Positions 37,899 to 49,148 of a stretch of 64,000 bases of DNA are shown piece by piece (positions within the stretch are counted from its first letter, which is position 1; every line of letters begins with the position of its first letter). Origin of the DNA: Rubripirellula sp. (GTDB lineage Bacteria; Planctomycetota; Planctomycetia; Pirellulales; Pirellulaceae); NCBI GenBank assembly GCA_965216875.1, contig OZ244207.1, positions 1,952,001 to 2,016,000 on the forward strand. Direction: 5' to 3'. The notes below the pieces were generated by a model that saw only the letters and a program-made list of their open reading frames with translations, was not told the origin of the DNA and made no database searches. A program made the position numbers and the translations under genes.

Positions 37899-39671
37899 TC
37901 ACTCCACGGCGGCGATGGGCACGGTTGGCTGCGGAGCGGACGGTGGAGCGACCATGGTTTCCAAGAAGGCGACCAACGCGTGTCGATCTTCAACGGAAAG
38001 GTTCAAGAAACGATCGCGTGTTCCCGCGGCTTCCCCTTCGTGTAGCGTAATCGCTTCGAGCAACGTTCCTGCTCGCCCGTCGTGCATGTAAGGAGCGGAG
38101 TCGGCGACGCCCCAAAGTGGCGGCGTGCGCCACTCCTGGGTAATCGTGGTCGGTTCGAAGTAGACCACGGCCGTACCGCCCTCGTCTTTGCGACTGAGAG
38201 TGGTCCGCGTTGTTCTTCGTTCACCAGAACGAGTTCCAACGGCACGCCGCGTACGGCGGTTGATGATCGTTTGCTCAACCGCTTCGGTCGACGATTCGAC
38301 GTTCCGCTCCAGGTGCGTCACGCGCGTTCCCAAGTCGATCACTTTTGATTTGCCGGGCCGAGTCGGGGCATTAAAGAGATAAGCTGACCGGGCAACACCC
38401 CTAGCGCCTACTCGCTGGGCATCTCGGGCGGGACCAGCGCTACGATCAGCCATCGAGCGATTGTCGGCGACGCTTCCCGTCGACATGGTCGCCGAACCAC
38501 CGTAGTAGCCCGTCGTGTTTTGGCTCATCTCGGTGCGGGTGGATGTCGTGTCACGCGCCACATATTTCTGAACGGCAAACCCAATTCGATACGGTTCTGC
38601 TGGGTTCAGGTCGAATGATTCGGGGCCCATATCGTGAAGCAACAAATCCGAATACACGCCGAGGGCTGGACCCATGTTCGGGACGTGGCAAACGGCACAA
38701 CCGACCGACGCAAACACGTGCTCGCCGCGTTCCACTTCGGCTCGAAGTTCGGAATCTTCGGGGATGCGACGCATGGGTGCGGGCAGGGCCGCGACGAACG
38801 AGGTCATCGTTCGGATTTGATTGTCCGAAATGTCATGGCCGGGGTTTCGGTAACCGGGGACCGTTGGGTCACCAGGCTGCGTCATACGAGCCGTTTCGAG
38901 ACCGACTTCGTTGGCACATGCTTGATCATTGAATTCAACCAAGCTTGCAACATTGCCACGCCAACCAAATTTGCCGACACGGCCATCGTTCAAAGTCGAA
39001 GGACGCCCAGAAATCTCGGCGTGATGCTTTTGAGCGCGAGCTTGTTGTTCAATCAGCTTTTCTGGTACCTGATCGATCAGGCCACTGCCAAACAGTGACG
39101 TGGTGTTTCGTTGAAATAGCCTCGCACGCACGGCAACATCGAAGTGCCCAACGGTCTTTTGAAAGTCGATCGGTCCGTTGTTTGCTTTCCGCGTTTCCTC
39201 GGATGTTGTTGGTCCGCCAAACTCGCTGAATGTGGCCGGAATGTTTGCCAGGAATTTCTTGCTCGCCTCGCGATAGGCAACGGTTCCACCGTGGTGTACC
39301 AGCGGCGCCGTGTTGACCATCAACCCGTTGCGAACGAAGCCTGGATGGAAGGCGTTCAAAACCCGAGCGACGACGTCGTCATCGACCCTGCCAAGTGCTT
39401 TCGGCACAATCGACATGTGCTCGATCGCCACCGTTTGTGCGTTGAACCGAGAATCGCCACCACCGCCGATGCCACCCTGATGATGACAGGCAACGCAGCT
39501 TCGAGCGTTAAAGAGTGGCCCTAGGCCATCACTACCCACGGTCGGATTCCGTGATGACCACTCTTGCTCGAAAAGAGCTTGGCCCTGTTGGATTGACGCC
39601 GGCGAAGTGGCCCATAGGTTCGCACCCATAGCCGTAGCAGCCATTGCGACCGCTAATGTCAACGTGCGCAT
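37899..39671 (-). CDS. di-heme oxidoreductase (DHOR/DUF1111) family protein, paralog 2
   Basis: Same motifs as paralog 1; signal peptide MRTLTLAVAMAATAMG. Confidence 0.85.
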   Translation of the reverse strand: MRTLTLAVAMAATAMGANLWATSPASIQQGQALFEQEWSSRNPTVGSDGLGPLFNARSCVACHHQGGIGGGGDSRFNAQTVAIEHMSIVPKALGRVDDDVVARVLNAFHPGFVRNGLMVNTAPLVHHGGTVAYREASKKFLANIPATFSEFGGPTTSEETRKANNGPIDFQKTVGHFDVAVRARLFQRNTTSLFGSGLIDQVPEKLIEQQARAQKHHAEISGRPSTLNDGRVGKFGWRGNVASLVEFNDQACANEVGLETARMTQPGDPTVPGYRNPGHDISDNQIRTMTSFVAALPAPMRRIPEDSELRAEVERGEHVFASVGCAVCHVPNMGPALGVYSDLLLHDMGPESFDLNPAEPYRIGFAVQKYVARDTTSTRTEMSQNTTGYYGGSATMSTGSVADNRSMADRSAGPARDAQRVGARGVARSAYLFNAPTRPGKSKVIDLGTRVTHLERNVESSTEAVEQTIINRRTRRAVGTRSGERRTTRTTLSRKDEGGTAVVYFEPTTITQEWRTPPLWGVADSAPYMHDGRAGTLLEAITLHEGEAAGTRDRFLNLSVEDRHALVAFLETMVAPPSAPQPTVPIAAVE

Positions 39672-39896
39672 AGATTGTCCCCGAGAAAGCATGTAGAGAA
39701 GATGTTTGTGCGAAAGGGGCCACCTAAATGGTACCCCAACGCACTCCCCCAAGTCAAATCGTATTCAGTCGGTCGCGCTTTGTTGTCGACTGGGCTGCGA
39801 GTTTTGCTTCCGAGATTGGTTGGGCCGGGTGTTGGTGGAGGGCGAGAGTTTGGGGACTCGTGGCCTCGTCCACTACGAAGAGAGTTGGGGAAAGTC

Positions 39897-41588
39897 TTAA
39901 TCGAAACAGTTGGCGCGGCGGGCCGAATACTCGAATCCGACGTACCCGTATTGTGGCCGAGTGTAGGGGCTGGAATAGAGATTGGAGTGGGCTGGGAACG
40001 CGGTGCGGTAGAGGTAACTGGTTCGATACGGGTAGCTCGCTCGCGTTGGTGCGCCCGTTCGGTACGCGTAAATACTCTGCTGACACTGACCCATCGGATA
40101 CTTCTCATAGGGATGAAAGGTTCTCAGGTCGAACGGCTCTGACCTCCAAATGCTCATCGGGCGTCGCTCGAGTTGTCGACGCAAATCACTCTTTCCAACT
40201 TCACTCCGGAAAGGTCGCAGTCGTCGCTCTTGGCGCCGAAAATCAATCTCTGCATTCAACAGCGCAACTTCACTTGGGTGGCGGGGAAGCCGAGCCAGTG
40301 ATTCTTGGACGATCGTGGATTCGATGTAGGGATAGATCACGCTTCGCCGACTCAGCAATGCGTCGCCTTCCACGATTCCGGAGAGGCCCATTGCAAGTGA
40401 CACCGCAGTCGTCTGAACCACACGACTTCCGTCCCACGCCGTCCACGATGCCACGCGACGACCACGCTGGTCGACCACCCATCGCGGCGGCGCTTGGTGC
40501 TGAGCCTGTAGCTGGGCGAGAAAGCGTATCGATGCATCTGACGCAGCGTCGATTCGCTGGGCAGCCGACGCGGCGGCCTCTCGTACGTCCTCGCAACGTT
40601 CGCCCAGTCGCACCAGCTCAAGTGGTGGGCGTGCCGAAGAAGGCAAAGCTGCAATCCTCTCACGCCTCGACTTGAGATAATCAAGCTCAGCCTGGACGCT
40701 CTCTTTTACGGCGACCGAATCGATACGTTGAAATTGAAGGTCGACCCAGTGACGCAAGATGGCAGGCGATCTCAAATAGTGAGACGGAAGCTGGACGCTT
40801 GTGCCGAAGTTTGATGGTTGTTCGGCAACCGACGCCGCGCCGACCACCATCGTTCCAGGTCGCAGTAGCGCAGGGCCTACATCCGTACTCTTCGCCCGTT
40901 CCAGTTGCTCTTGCAACCTCGAAATGCGGACCTGCAAATGTGAAGCGTATTGGTGATTCGCAATGACGAGATCATGCTCGGCCTTCGCCCGAGCGAGTTG
41001 GAGATCGGCGCGTGTTCGCCAAACCGAATCGAGACCACTCTTGTCATAGACGGCGATTCGTCGACGTGCGTTGTCGAGTTTTTGTGCGGACTGTTCGATG
41101 GTTCCTTCAAGCAACCCTTCGCGCTGTTGTTCTAAGTCGATGATCGCCTGACGAAGCAGTGCCGGCGACGCAACGGTCGACGGAATCCAGGCGACCACGT
41201 TGGAGGCATTGTGATCGAGACGGACGATCGCTTCGTTGATGTTCTCACCAATGGTTGTCTCGGGTGAATTGAGTTTGGTTATGCGGCGCTCAAGATCACG
41301 CAGGATCTCAAGCCTTGCGTTGAGAGCATGCAGTTCGCTTTCACTCTTGTTGAGCGCGACGCGTTGTTCGGCGAGCTCCGACCATGACGCATGTCCCTCG
41401 CCTTTAAGGTGGCCGAGTTGATCGAGGCGGAAGCGGTGCTCGGCTACCGCCGCCTTGGCCAATGCCGCTTTCGCTCTCGCGCTCTGGAGCCGCACCGTAA
41501 TTCCCGGGCTCGAAGGGGGCTCGTCCGACAGCAGAGACGCGGTGACACTCGAACAGATGACGAGCAAGGCAACAAAGCGGATGAACAT
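39897..41588 (-). CDS. exported coiled-coil hypothetical protein with Tyr-rich C-terminus
   Basis: Signal peptide MFIRFVALLVICSSVTASLLS; long helical heptad stretches. Confidence 0.55.
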   Translation of the reverse strand: MFIRFVALLVICSSVTASLLSDEPPSSPGITVRLQSARAKAALAKAAVAEHRFRLDQLGHLKGEGHASWSELAEQRVALNKSESELHALNARLEILRDLERRITKLNSPETTIGENINEAIVRLDHNASNVVAWIPSTVASPALLRQAIIDLEQQREGLLEGTIEQSAQKLDNARRRIAVYDKSGLDSVWRTRADLQLARAKAEHDLVIANHQYASHLQVRISRLQEQLERAKSTDVGPALLRPGTMVVGAASVAEQPSNFGTSVQLPSHYLRSPAILRHWVDLQFQRIDSVAVKESVQAELDYLKSRRERIAALPSSARPPLELVRLGERCEDVREAAASAAQRIDAASDASIRFLAQLQAQHQAPPRWVVDQRGRRVASWTAWDGSRVVQTTAVSLAMGLSGIVEGDALLSRRSVIYPYIESTIVQESLARLPRHPSEVALLNAEIDFRRQERRLRPFRSEVGKSDLRRQLERRPMSIWRSEPFDLRTFHPYEKYPMGQCQQSIYAYRTGAPTRASYPYRTSYLYRTAFPAHSNLYSSPYTRPQYGYVGFEYSARRANCFD

Positions 41589-41767
41589 AGAAATACAGGG
41601 GTAATCGCGGTGGATGAAGGTTGCTTCCAACCGTAGATACGCCCTCAATATCTGTCAAATCACGGCCACCAAACGGCCCGAGTCGCGTCTGGTCGTTGCG
41701 GCAAGCGATGAATCAGCGACAATCTTGGGTGAAACACCACCACGCTACCCGAGTTAATTGTCCCATC

Positions 41768-43345
41768 ATGAAACCTCTTCGCGCGCTCCTCTGCTTTGCT
41801 TTGGTTGCGGTTACGGCGCATAACGCCGTAGCCGACCGACCCAACATCCTGTTCATCATGTCTGATGACCACGCTTGCAACGCGATCAGTGCGTACGGCG
41901 GGCGGTTGGCCCAGGTCGCCCCCACCCCCAATATCGATCGCCTCGCCAAGGAAGGTGTGCGATTCGACAAGTGCTTCGTCACCAACTCGATTTGTACGCC
42001 AAGTCGAGCGGTGATATTGTCCGGACAGCACTCGCATCTCAACACCGTTCGAACACTCAATGACGCATTCCCTGGACCAGAATCGGGCACGCCCAACGTA
42101 GCTGACATTTTGCGACGCTCGGGCTACGAAACCGCATTGATTGGCAAGTGGCACCTGCGATCCGCACCTTGGGGATTTGACTACTGGAAAGTGGGGCCTG
42201 GGCAAGGCAAGTATCACGATCCGGTGTTCATCACTTCCACCGATGGCGTCGAATATTCCTCGCGACCTCGAGCGCGGTCCAAGCGAACGCCAGGGTATTA
42301 CACCGACCTGATCACCGACGATGCGATTGAGTGGTTGCGAACGCGTGATGACGACAAGCCCTTCTTTTTAATGCTGCACCACAAGGCTCCGCACGGAAAG
42401 TGGGAGCCGGCTGAGCGACACAAGGACTACCTAGCGGATGTCGAAATCCCTGAACCTGCCACCCTGTGGGAAGACTTTTCGCATCGTTCGGATGCCACGC
42501 GAGAGATGGGAACCTCGATCACCAATCGACTAGCGCCGCGGCGAACAATGGTCGCGGATGTGCAGAAGTCAGATTGGCCCGCGGGCTCGGTCGACATGAC
42601 CGGGATGACACAAACCGAAAAGAACAGAGCCGCTTACCAGAAGTACCTTCACGATTACCTTGGCTGCGTGAAAGCCGTTGACGAAAACGTCGGCCGAGTA
42701 CTGGACCATCTCGACCAATCGGGCCTGAGCGACAACACGCTCGTCGTTTACACCTCCGACCAAGGCATGTTCCTGGGTGAACATGATTACTTTGACAAGC
42801 GTTGGATCTATGAGGAATGTTTGCGGATGCCATTGCTGTTGCGTTTGCCGGGGAAGATCGCTCCGGGCTCGGTCAACAGCACCCACCTGGTATCGAACCT
42901 TGATTTTGCGCAAACCCTTCTCGATGTTGCCGGCGTGCAAGACGCGCCTGAGTTGTCGGTGATGCAAGGCGAGAGTTTCAAGCCTCTGCTCCACGGACAA
43001 ACGCCCAAGCAGTGGCGCACTGCCGTCTACTATCGCTACTGGATGCATCTTGCACATCACAACATCCCGGCACATTACGGTATCCGCGATGCACGCTACA
43101 AACTCGTCTTCTTTTATGCATTGCCACTGGATGCGAATCTCGGTAGAGGTAACTTCGGCCCGACCACGCCGGGATGGGAGCTTTACGATTTGCAAAAGGA
43201 CCCAAACGAAATCAACAACGTCTACGGGAACTCCGAATACAAAGAAGTTGTCATGCGTTTGAAGGAACAGCTCCAGGGGCTTAAGCAGACTTACGGCGAC
43301 ACCGACGATGCCTATCCCAAGTTGCTCGAGCGACTCAAAAAGTAG
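41768..43345 (+). CDS. sulfatase (S1 family)
   Basis: RPNILFIMSDDH, SICTPSRA, GKWHL, YTSDQG and DKRWIYEE motifs. Confidence 0.93.
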   Translation: MKPLRALLCFALVAVTAHNAVADRPNILFIMSDDHACNAISAYGGRLAQVAPTPNIDRLAKEGVRFDKCFVTNSICTPSRAVILSGQHSHLNTVRTLNDAFPGPESGTPNVADILRRSGYETALIGKWHLRSAPWGFDYWKVGPGQGKYHDPVFITSTDGVEYSSRPRARSKRTPGYYTDLITDDAIEWLRTRDDDKPFFLMLHHKAPHGKWEPAERHKDYLADVEIPEPATLWEDFSHRSDATREMGTSITNRLAPRRTMVADVQKSDWPAGSVDMTGMTQTEKNRAAYQKYLHDYLGCVKAVDENVGRVLDHLDQSGLSDNTLVVYTSDQGMFLGEHDYFDKRWIYEECLRMPLLLRLPGKIAPGSVNSTHLVSNLDFAQTLLDVAGVQDAPELSVMQGESFKPLLHGQTPKQWRTAVYYRYWMHLAHHNIPAHYGIRDARYKLVFFYALPLDANLGRGNFGPTTPGWELYDLQKDPNEINNVYGNSEYKEVVMRLKEQLQGLKQTYGDTDDAYPKLLERLKK

Positions 43346-43365
43346 GGTGTGTGCTTGCACGCACC
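43342..43365. repeat. family-A REP overlapping the sulfatase stop codon
   Basis: GTAGGGTGTGTGCTTGCACGCACC; TAG at 43343-43345 is the stop. Confidence 0.85.
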
Positions 43366-43868
43366 AGTGCTGCCATCGTCCCGACTTTTGGGCGATCCTG
43401 CACGAAGAATCCGGCTCAAGCTCGGAACTGGCGGCAGAAGCGAACCATCCCTGGAAAGATGGCGGAAAGCACCTTAGGACTTTTTAAGGGATTCTATTTG
43501 CCCTTTGGTGGACATCGACCTAGAATAGAGTGCAGGCGGGGAAGAGGCGAATTCGGCTCGGTTTTCCGCTTCTTCTTTGCTGCCGCGTCCTGCCACTCCT
43601 TATCTCTCGCAGGTCGCAATCATATGCAGGGGATCATTATTGGCTGATTCGAGCCGACAGCCCACCGGCGGCGTCGCCGACTGGTGAACATTTAGGTCCG
43701 AATCAAGCAGCTTTTTGAAGCCCTTTTTTAAGGTCATCGCTGGAGTTGCGCGCTTTCGGCCGCTCACCACGACTCGCCACGCTTCCGTAAGGGATTGGAC
43801 GCCTCGTCAACGTTTGACAGGTGCCAGGTTCACGGATGAATGCTCCGCTTCAAACAGGGAGTCGGCTG

Positions 43869-45599
43869 ATGAGTCAGGTCATCCATCCGCAACAACGCAA
43901 CCGATTCGCTCAACGTGCATCCTCGCAGCACGCTCAAGCGAGCGACCAGCCTAAAGGTATTGAATCGTTTCGTGATCTGCCAGCGTTCGCGCTTTTGCAG
44001 CATGCTGCGGAAGCGTTGCCTGATCGCGAGGCAGTCGTGTATGGCGACAAACAATGGACCTTTAGCGACATCAACGATCAAAGCGTCAAGTGTGCGGCAA
44101 TGCTGCAACAACTTGGCATTCGATATGGCGATCGTGTCGGTTTGTTGTTGCCAAACGTTCCTGAATACATCATCGCAGCCAATGGCGTATGGCGTGCGGG
44201 CGGTGTCGCGATCGCAATCAGTCCGTTGATGGTTGCTGAAGAGGTGGAAGCACTCCTGGCAAGCACTCAATGTCGAACGGTCGTTTGTCTCGACATGCTT
44301 TCGCACTTGGTGCCTGATGAACCGCGTTACCAGAAGCTGTTGGTTTCGATCCGCGATCACCTCCCTGCACTGCATCAAATCGGATACCTCTGGGCTAGGC
44401 ATAGTCGCACTGGTTCGTGGACGCTTCCGGAGTCCGAGCGAACACTTTGGTTCTGGGAGAACATGAAACGCGTCGAGCGCAACTGGCAGCCGATCACGCT
44501 TCGCCCGGCAACCGATCCGGCCTACATCATTCCGACTGGCGGGACGACCGCGGCCCCGAAAGCGGTCACGCTTAGCCACGAAAACTTGGTTGCAAACGCT
44601 TGGCAACAATACGAATGGACCGAACGTTCCTTTGGCGAAGAGAAGATGGTCGGCGTCTTGCCGTTCTTCCACAGTTATGGGATGTCGGCGACGGTGATGG
44701 CAGGAACAGCGATGGGAGCAACGCTGCTGCTACATCATCGCTTTAACACTCGACAGACGATTCGGATGATCGCCGAGCATCGTCCAACGGTGTTTCATGC
44801 CGTTCCTGCGATGCTTGACGCGATGAACCAACGCTTACGCTCGCACCCCTGTGACCTAAGCAGTTTGCGATGGGTGATTTCCGGTGGCGCTCCGCTTGAC
44901 GAAGCCATTGGGGCTGAGTTCGCCGAGCACACTGGCGCTTTGGTCGTCGAAGGCTATGGACTCTCAGAAGCCTCGCCCGTGACCCACGTTGGCCATCTGT
45001 TTCGTAGCCCCAGCTACGGATCGATCGGTATGGCTTTGCCGAAAACCGATTGCCGCATCGTTGACCAGTCGAACGAATCACATGCCGTTGACGTGCCTCG
45101 AGGCGAGGTCGGTGAACTAATCGTACGCGGGCCTCAGGTCATGCTCGGCTATTGGAACAACGAACAAGCGACCAAAGGCGCGATACGCGACGGCTGGCTG
45201 CACACCGGTGACTTGGCGATTCGACGCGGTGATCACTACGAGATCGTTGGTCGCAAAAAGGACTTGATCATCACGTCGGGCTTCAATGTCTATCCCTGCG
45301 AAGTTGAGTCTGTCTTGCGTGACTGCGAACTCGTTCTCGACGCGGCGGTGGTCGGTTTGCCGGATCGTCGTCGCGGAGAACTGGTCAAGGCATTTGTCGT
45401 TCTGCGTCCCGGAGCCACCTGGGATGAGGAGCAGTTGCATGCACATTGCTGCCAGCATCTTTCCAAGCACAAACGACCCAAGTTATTCGAACGTTGCGAA
45501 GGTGACTTGCCTCGTAATTTCCTGGGCAAGGTGATTCGACGTCGCCTGCGAGAACAACAACCCGAACCCACCACGGACATGAAGAAGGAGGACAAGTGA
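43869..45599 (+). CDS. long-chain fatty acid--CoA ligase (FadD-like)
   Basis: PTGGTTAAPKAV, LPFFHSYG, EGYGLSEA, GWLHTGD and GRKKD motifs. Confidence 0.85.
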   Translation: MSQVIHPQQRNRFAQRASSQHAQASDQPKGIESFRDLPAFALLQHAAEALPDREAVVYGDKQWTFSDINDQSVKCAAMLQQLGIRYGDRVGLLLPNVPEYIIAANGVWRAGGVAIAISPLMVAEEVEALLASTQCRTVVCLDMLSHLVPDEPRYQKLLVSIRDHLPALHQIGYLWARHSRTGSWTLPESERTLWFWENMKRVERNWQPITLRPATDPAYIIPTGGTTAAPKAVTLSHENLVANAWQQYEWTERSFGEEKMVGVLPFFHSYGMSATVMAGTAMGATLLLHHRFNTRQTIRMIAEHRPTVFHAVPAMLDAMNQRLRSHPCDLSSLRWVISGGAPLDEAIGAEFAEHTGALVVEGYGLSEASPVTHVGHLFRSPSYGSIGMALPKTDCRIVDQSNESHAVDVPRGEVGELIVRGPQVMLGYWNNEQATKGAIRDGWLHTGDLAIRRGDHYEIVGRKKDLIITSGFNVYPCEVESVLRDCELVLDAAVVGLPDRRRGELVKAFVVLRPGATWDEEQLHAHCCQHLSKHKRPKLFERCEGDLPRNFLGKVIRRRLREQQPEPTTDMKKEDK

Positions 45600-46882
45600 T
45601 GAGTCAAAAAAAACGTATAGCTGTGGTGACGGGGACTCGGACGCCACAAACAAAGGCATTCACATCGCAAGCCACATTGTCGGCGGTCGACCTTGGCGCG
45701 CACGTTGTTGAGGAGGTGATCAAAAAGGCCGGGCTCGCCAAGGCCGACGTCGACGAAGTGATCATGGGTAACGTTTCGGGGCCACCGGATGCCGCAAACG
45801 TCGCTCGCGTCATCGCACTGACGGCGGGGATTCCCGAAGACAAGGTCGCACACACCGTCAACCGTAACTGCGCCTCAGGGATGGAGTCGCTGTTGGGCGG
45901 TTGGCAATCGATTTCGAGTGGACGCGCAGACATCGTCGTCGCGGGTGGCTCCGAATCGATGTCGAACATTCCGCTACTGTTCAACAAGGAGGCGACTGCG
46001 CTGTGGCTAAAACTCGCTCGCGCAAAAACGATGGGACAGCGACTGGGCATCATCGCATCGATGCGCCCTCGACACTTCAAGCCGGTCATCGGAGTTGAAC
46101 TGGGCCTGACCGATCCGGTCTCAGGTCTCAACATGGGCGAAACAGCCGAAGTGCTCGCTACCGATTTTGGCATCACCCGTGGGCAACAGGATCAATTTGC
46201 CCTCGAGAGTCACCAGAAAGGCGAAGCGGCTCAAAAGAAGTGTTTTCTGTCAGGCGAGATTTCGCCGATCGAAGTTCGTGGCGAAACGATCGATAAGGAC
46301 AACGCCGTTCGCTACGGCCAGACACTCGAAGCGCTGGCGAAGCTGCGCCCGATTTTCAAACGCGATGGCACGGTAACGCCCGGCAACAGCTGCCCGTTGA
46401 CCGACGGAGCAGCAGCAGTCGTGCTTGCCAAGGAAGAACATCTGGATCGGTTTCAGTTGCCGCCGATGGGCTACATCTCAAGCTACGCGATTGCGGGTTG
46501 TGATCCCAAACGCATGGGTCTCGGTCCGGTCTATGCGACCGCCAAACTCCTCAAGCAGACAGGGATGACGATCGATGATTTTGACTTGATCGAAATCAAC
46601 GAAGCATTCGCCGCTCAGGTCATTGCCTGCGCCCGAGCGATGGAATCGAAGTCGTTCGCACAAGAGCATCTCGGTCAATCGGAACCTGTGGGCTCGATGC
46701 CGATGGACCGTGTGAACGTTCACGGCGGTGCAATCGCTCTCGGTCATCCGGTTGGGACGACCGGTACACGACTGATCCTGACATTGATGCGTGCGCTAAA
46801 AGCAAACGGCAAGCAACGCGGGTTAGCAACGCTCTGCGTTGGTGGTGGCCAGGGCGTTGCGATGGTGGTCGAGGTGGAATGA
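45599..46882 (+). CDS. acetyl-CoA C-acyltransferase (thiolase, FadI-like)
   Basis: NRNCASG, NEAFA, GHPVGTTG and CVGGGQG motifs. Confidence 0.93.
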   Translation: MSQKKRIAVVTGTRTPQTKAFTSQATLSAVDLGAHVVEEVIKKAGLAKADVDEVIMGNVSGPPDAANVARVIALTAGIPEDKVAHTVNRNCASGMESLLGGWQSISSGRADIVVAGGSESMSNIPLLFNKEATALWLKLARAKTMGQRLGIIASMRPRHFKPVIGVELGLTDPVSGLNMGETAEVLATDFGITRGQQDQFALESHQKGEAAQKKCFLSGEISPIEVRGETIDKDNAVRYGQTLEALAKLRPIFKRDGTVTPGNSCPLTDGAAAVVLAKEEHLDRFQLPPMGYISSYAIAGCDPKRMGLGPVYATAKLLKQTGMTIDDFDLIEINEAFAAQVIACARAMESKSFAQEHLGQSEPVGSMPMDRVNVHGGAIALGHPVGTTGTRLILTLMRALKANGKQRGLATLCVGGGQGVAMVVEVE

Positions 46883-49101
46883 AAAGGAACGAGGCAAAGA
46901 AGATGAATCAGAAAACCTATACCAATTTCGAATTGGTCGTCGATCTACGCGGTGTGATGACGGTAACACTCGATGTTCCCGGACGCCCGATGAACGTCCT
47001 TGATCACGATGTGATGAAGGAACTGCAACAGATCATCCACGACTTGGAAGAAAGCGATGAAATCAAGTTAGTGGTGTTTCGCAGTGGCAAGGAAAGTGGC
47101 TTCTTGGCTGGTGCCGACGTGAGCGTCATTGCATCGATCGAATCGGGAAAGGAAGCAGGCCAATTGATCGAGCAAGGCCAACTCTTGTTCCAACGTATCG
47201 AGTGGTTGCCCATGCCGACGCTTGCCGTCATCCATGGGCCTTGTATGGGTGGTGGTTTGGAATGGTCACTCTCATGCACTCACCGGGTCGCACATGACAA
47301 CGAATCGACAAAATTAGCGTTGCCCGAGATCAAACTTGGTTTGATTCCTGGGTGGGGCGGAACTCAACGTTTGCCAAAACGCGTCGGGTTGTCCCAAGCG
47401 TTGCCGATGATCTTGTCCGGAAAGCCCGCCGATGCCAAACGCGCCGAGCGAATTGGTTTGATCGATCGCGCCCTCGCACCAGAGCATTGGGACGAGCAGC
47501 TCTCGCAGGTGATTGACACCATCCTCGCAGGCCGCGACCCAGCGAAGTCCGCGACGAAAAAGGGGATCGTCAAGCGGCTTCTCGACCAAACGCCGATTGG
47601 ACGTGCGCTGGTTTTCCGAACCGCCGAGAAATCGATTCGAAAGAAGCGTGACCAATACCCCGCGCTTGATTCGGCGCTCAAAGCGATCCGCGAAGGTTAC
47701 ATGCCCGGACCAGGCGGCTACTCCTGCGAACGCATCGAGTTTGTCAAGTTGCTCGCGACGCCCACCTGCCGGCATCTCCTCGATCTGTTTTTCTCACGCG
47801 AACGTGCTCGACGCCTCAAGACGTGGGCCACCGACGGTGCGCAAATTGCGCACGATGCGCCGACTCAGCGAATGGGTGTGATCGGTGCCGGCGCAATGGG
47901 CGCCGGCATCGGTCAACTTGCGGCCGTGCGGGGCTTCGACGTCATTATTAAAGAGGTCAACGAGGACACTGCAGCTGCAGGTCGACACCGTATTGAAAAA
48001 CTGATCGGCGATCTCGCCAAACGAAAGCGCTGGAGCGAGAGACAGCGTGAGGCGATGCTCGCGAAAGTCGATTTGACGATTGAGGATGAACGTCTCGCCG
48101 ACTGCGATCTCGTGGTCGAGGCGGTTGTTGAACGCCCCGATGTCAAAGAGTCGGTTTTCGCGATGCTTGATGCGGTCACGAAACCATCAGCCATCCTCGC
48201 CAGCAACACTTCGTCGCTGTCTGTCTCGCAGATGGCGAAAGCGACAAAACGCAAAACGTTGGTGGCCGGTCTGCACTTTTTCAACCCAGTGCACCGCATG
48301 GAACTGGTCGAAGTCGTGCGGGCCAAAGAGACAAGTCCCGAAACGGTCGCCCGCTTGGTCGCTTTCGTTCGCGCCTTGGGTAAGACGCCCGTGGTCACTT
48401 CAGACTCTCCGGGTTTCTTAGTCAACCGAGTCCTGTTTCCCTACTTGGGTGAAGCGGTGTTGATGGTGATGGAAGGCCACGACGTTGCGACGATTGACCA
48501 GGAAGTGCGCCGCTTCGGAATGCCGATGGGGCCGCTTGAGTTACTCGATCAAGTAGGAATTGATGTTGGTTTGCATGTCGCCGGGACGCTTGACGGCATC
48601 CTGCCGGGACTCGCGCCCGTTGCCGCCTACTTGGAAACGATGGTCGAGGCGGGCCAGATCGGCAGAAAGTCTGGCAAAGGCTTCTATGAGTACGTGAAAG
48701 GCAAAAAGGGGAAGGTAGCCGATCTGCCGGTCCATCAGACGCAAGTCGAATCGTCAAATCGAATCCGTTTCGACGACGACGGGCTGACCCACGTCCAACG
48801 ACGTCTCGTCTACCCGATGCTCTGTGAATCAGTTCGCTGCCTCGAAGAGGACGTCGTGACGCAACCTTGGGCCATTGATTTGGCCATGGTGCTCGGAACC
48901 GGATTCGCACCGCATCATGGCGGTCCGTTGCACCTGATCGATCTGATTGGTCTTCGTACCGTTGTTGAAAACGTCGACCGCCTGCGTCTCGATCTGGGGG
49001 ATCGATTCGCGTGTCCCGAGCAACTGCTGCGGATGGCCGATCGCGGCCAAACGTTTTTTGGTGACGGCTCGGGCGCTACACAGCTCAGTGAATCGAAATG
49101 A
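46879..49101 (+). CDS. enoyl-CoA hydratase/3-hydroxyacyl-CoA dehydrogenase (FadJ/FadB-like)
   Basis: AGADV, GGGLE, PEIKLG, GAGAMG, SNTSSL, GLHFFNP and PGFLVNR motifs. Confidence 0.93.
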   Translation: MKRNEAKKMNQKTYTNFELVVDLRGVMTVTLDVPGRPMNVLDHDVMKELQQIIHDLEESDEIKLVVFRSGKESGFLAGADVSVIASIESGKEAGQLIEQGQLLFQRIEWLPMPTLAVIHGPCMGGGLEWSLSCTHRVAHDNESTKLALPEIKLGLIPGWGGTQRLPKRVGLSQALPMILSGKPADAKRAERIGLIDRALAPEHWDEQLSQVIDTILAGRDPAKSATKKGIVKRLLDQTPIGRALVFRTAEKSIRKKRDQYPALDSALKAIREGYMPGPGGYSCERIEFVKLLATPTCRHLLDLFFSRERARRLKTWATDGAQIAHDAPTQRMGVIGAGAMGAGIGQLAAVRGFDVIIKEVNEDTAAAGRHRIEKLIGDLAKRKRWSERQREAMLAKVDLTIEDERLADCDLVVEAVVERPDVKESVFAMLDAVTKPSAILASNTSSLSVSQMAKATKRKTLVAGLHFFNPVHRMELVEVVRAKETSPETVARLVAFVRALGKTPVVTSDSPGFLVNRVLFPYLGEAVLMVMEGHDVATIDQEVRRFGMPMGPLELLDQVGIDVGLHVAGTLDGILPGLAPVAAYLETMVEAGQIGRKSGKGFYEYVKGKKGKVADLPVHQTQVESSNRIRFDDDGLTHVQRRLVYPMLCESVRCLEEDVVTQPWAIDLAMVLGTGFAPHHGGPLHLIDLIGLRTVVENVDRLRLDLGDRFACPEQLLRMADRGQTFFGDGSGATQLSESK

Positions 49102-49148
49102 CGCGCCGCCATCCCACGCCCAATCACCCGCTCGAAAAGGAGATTGTT

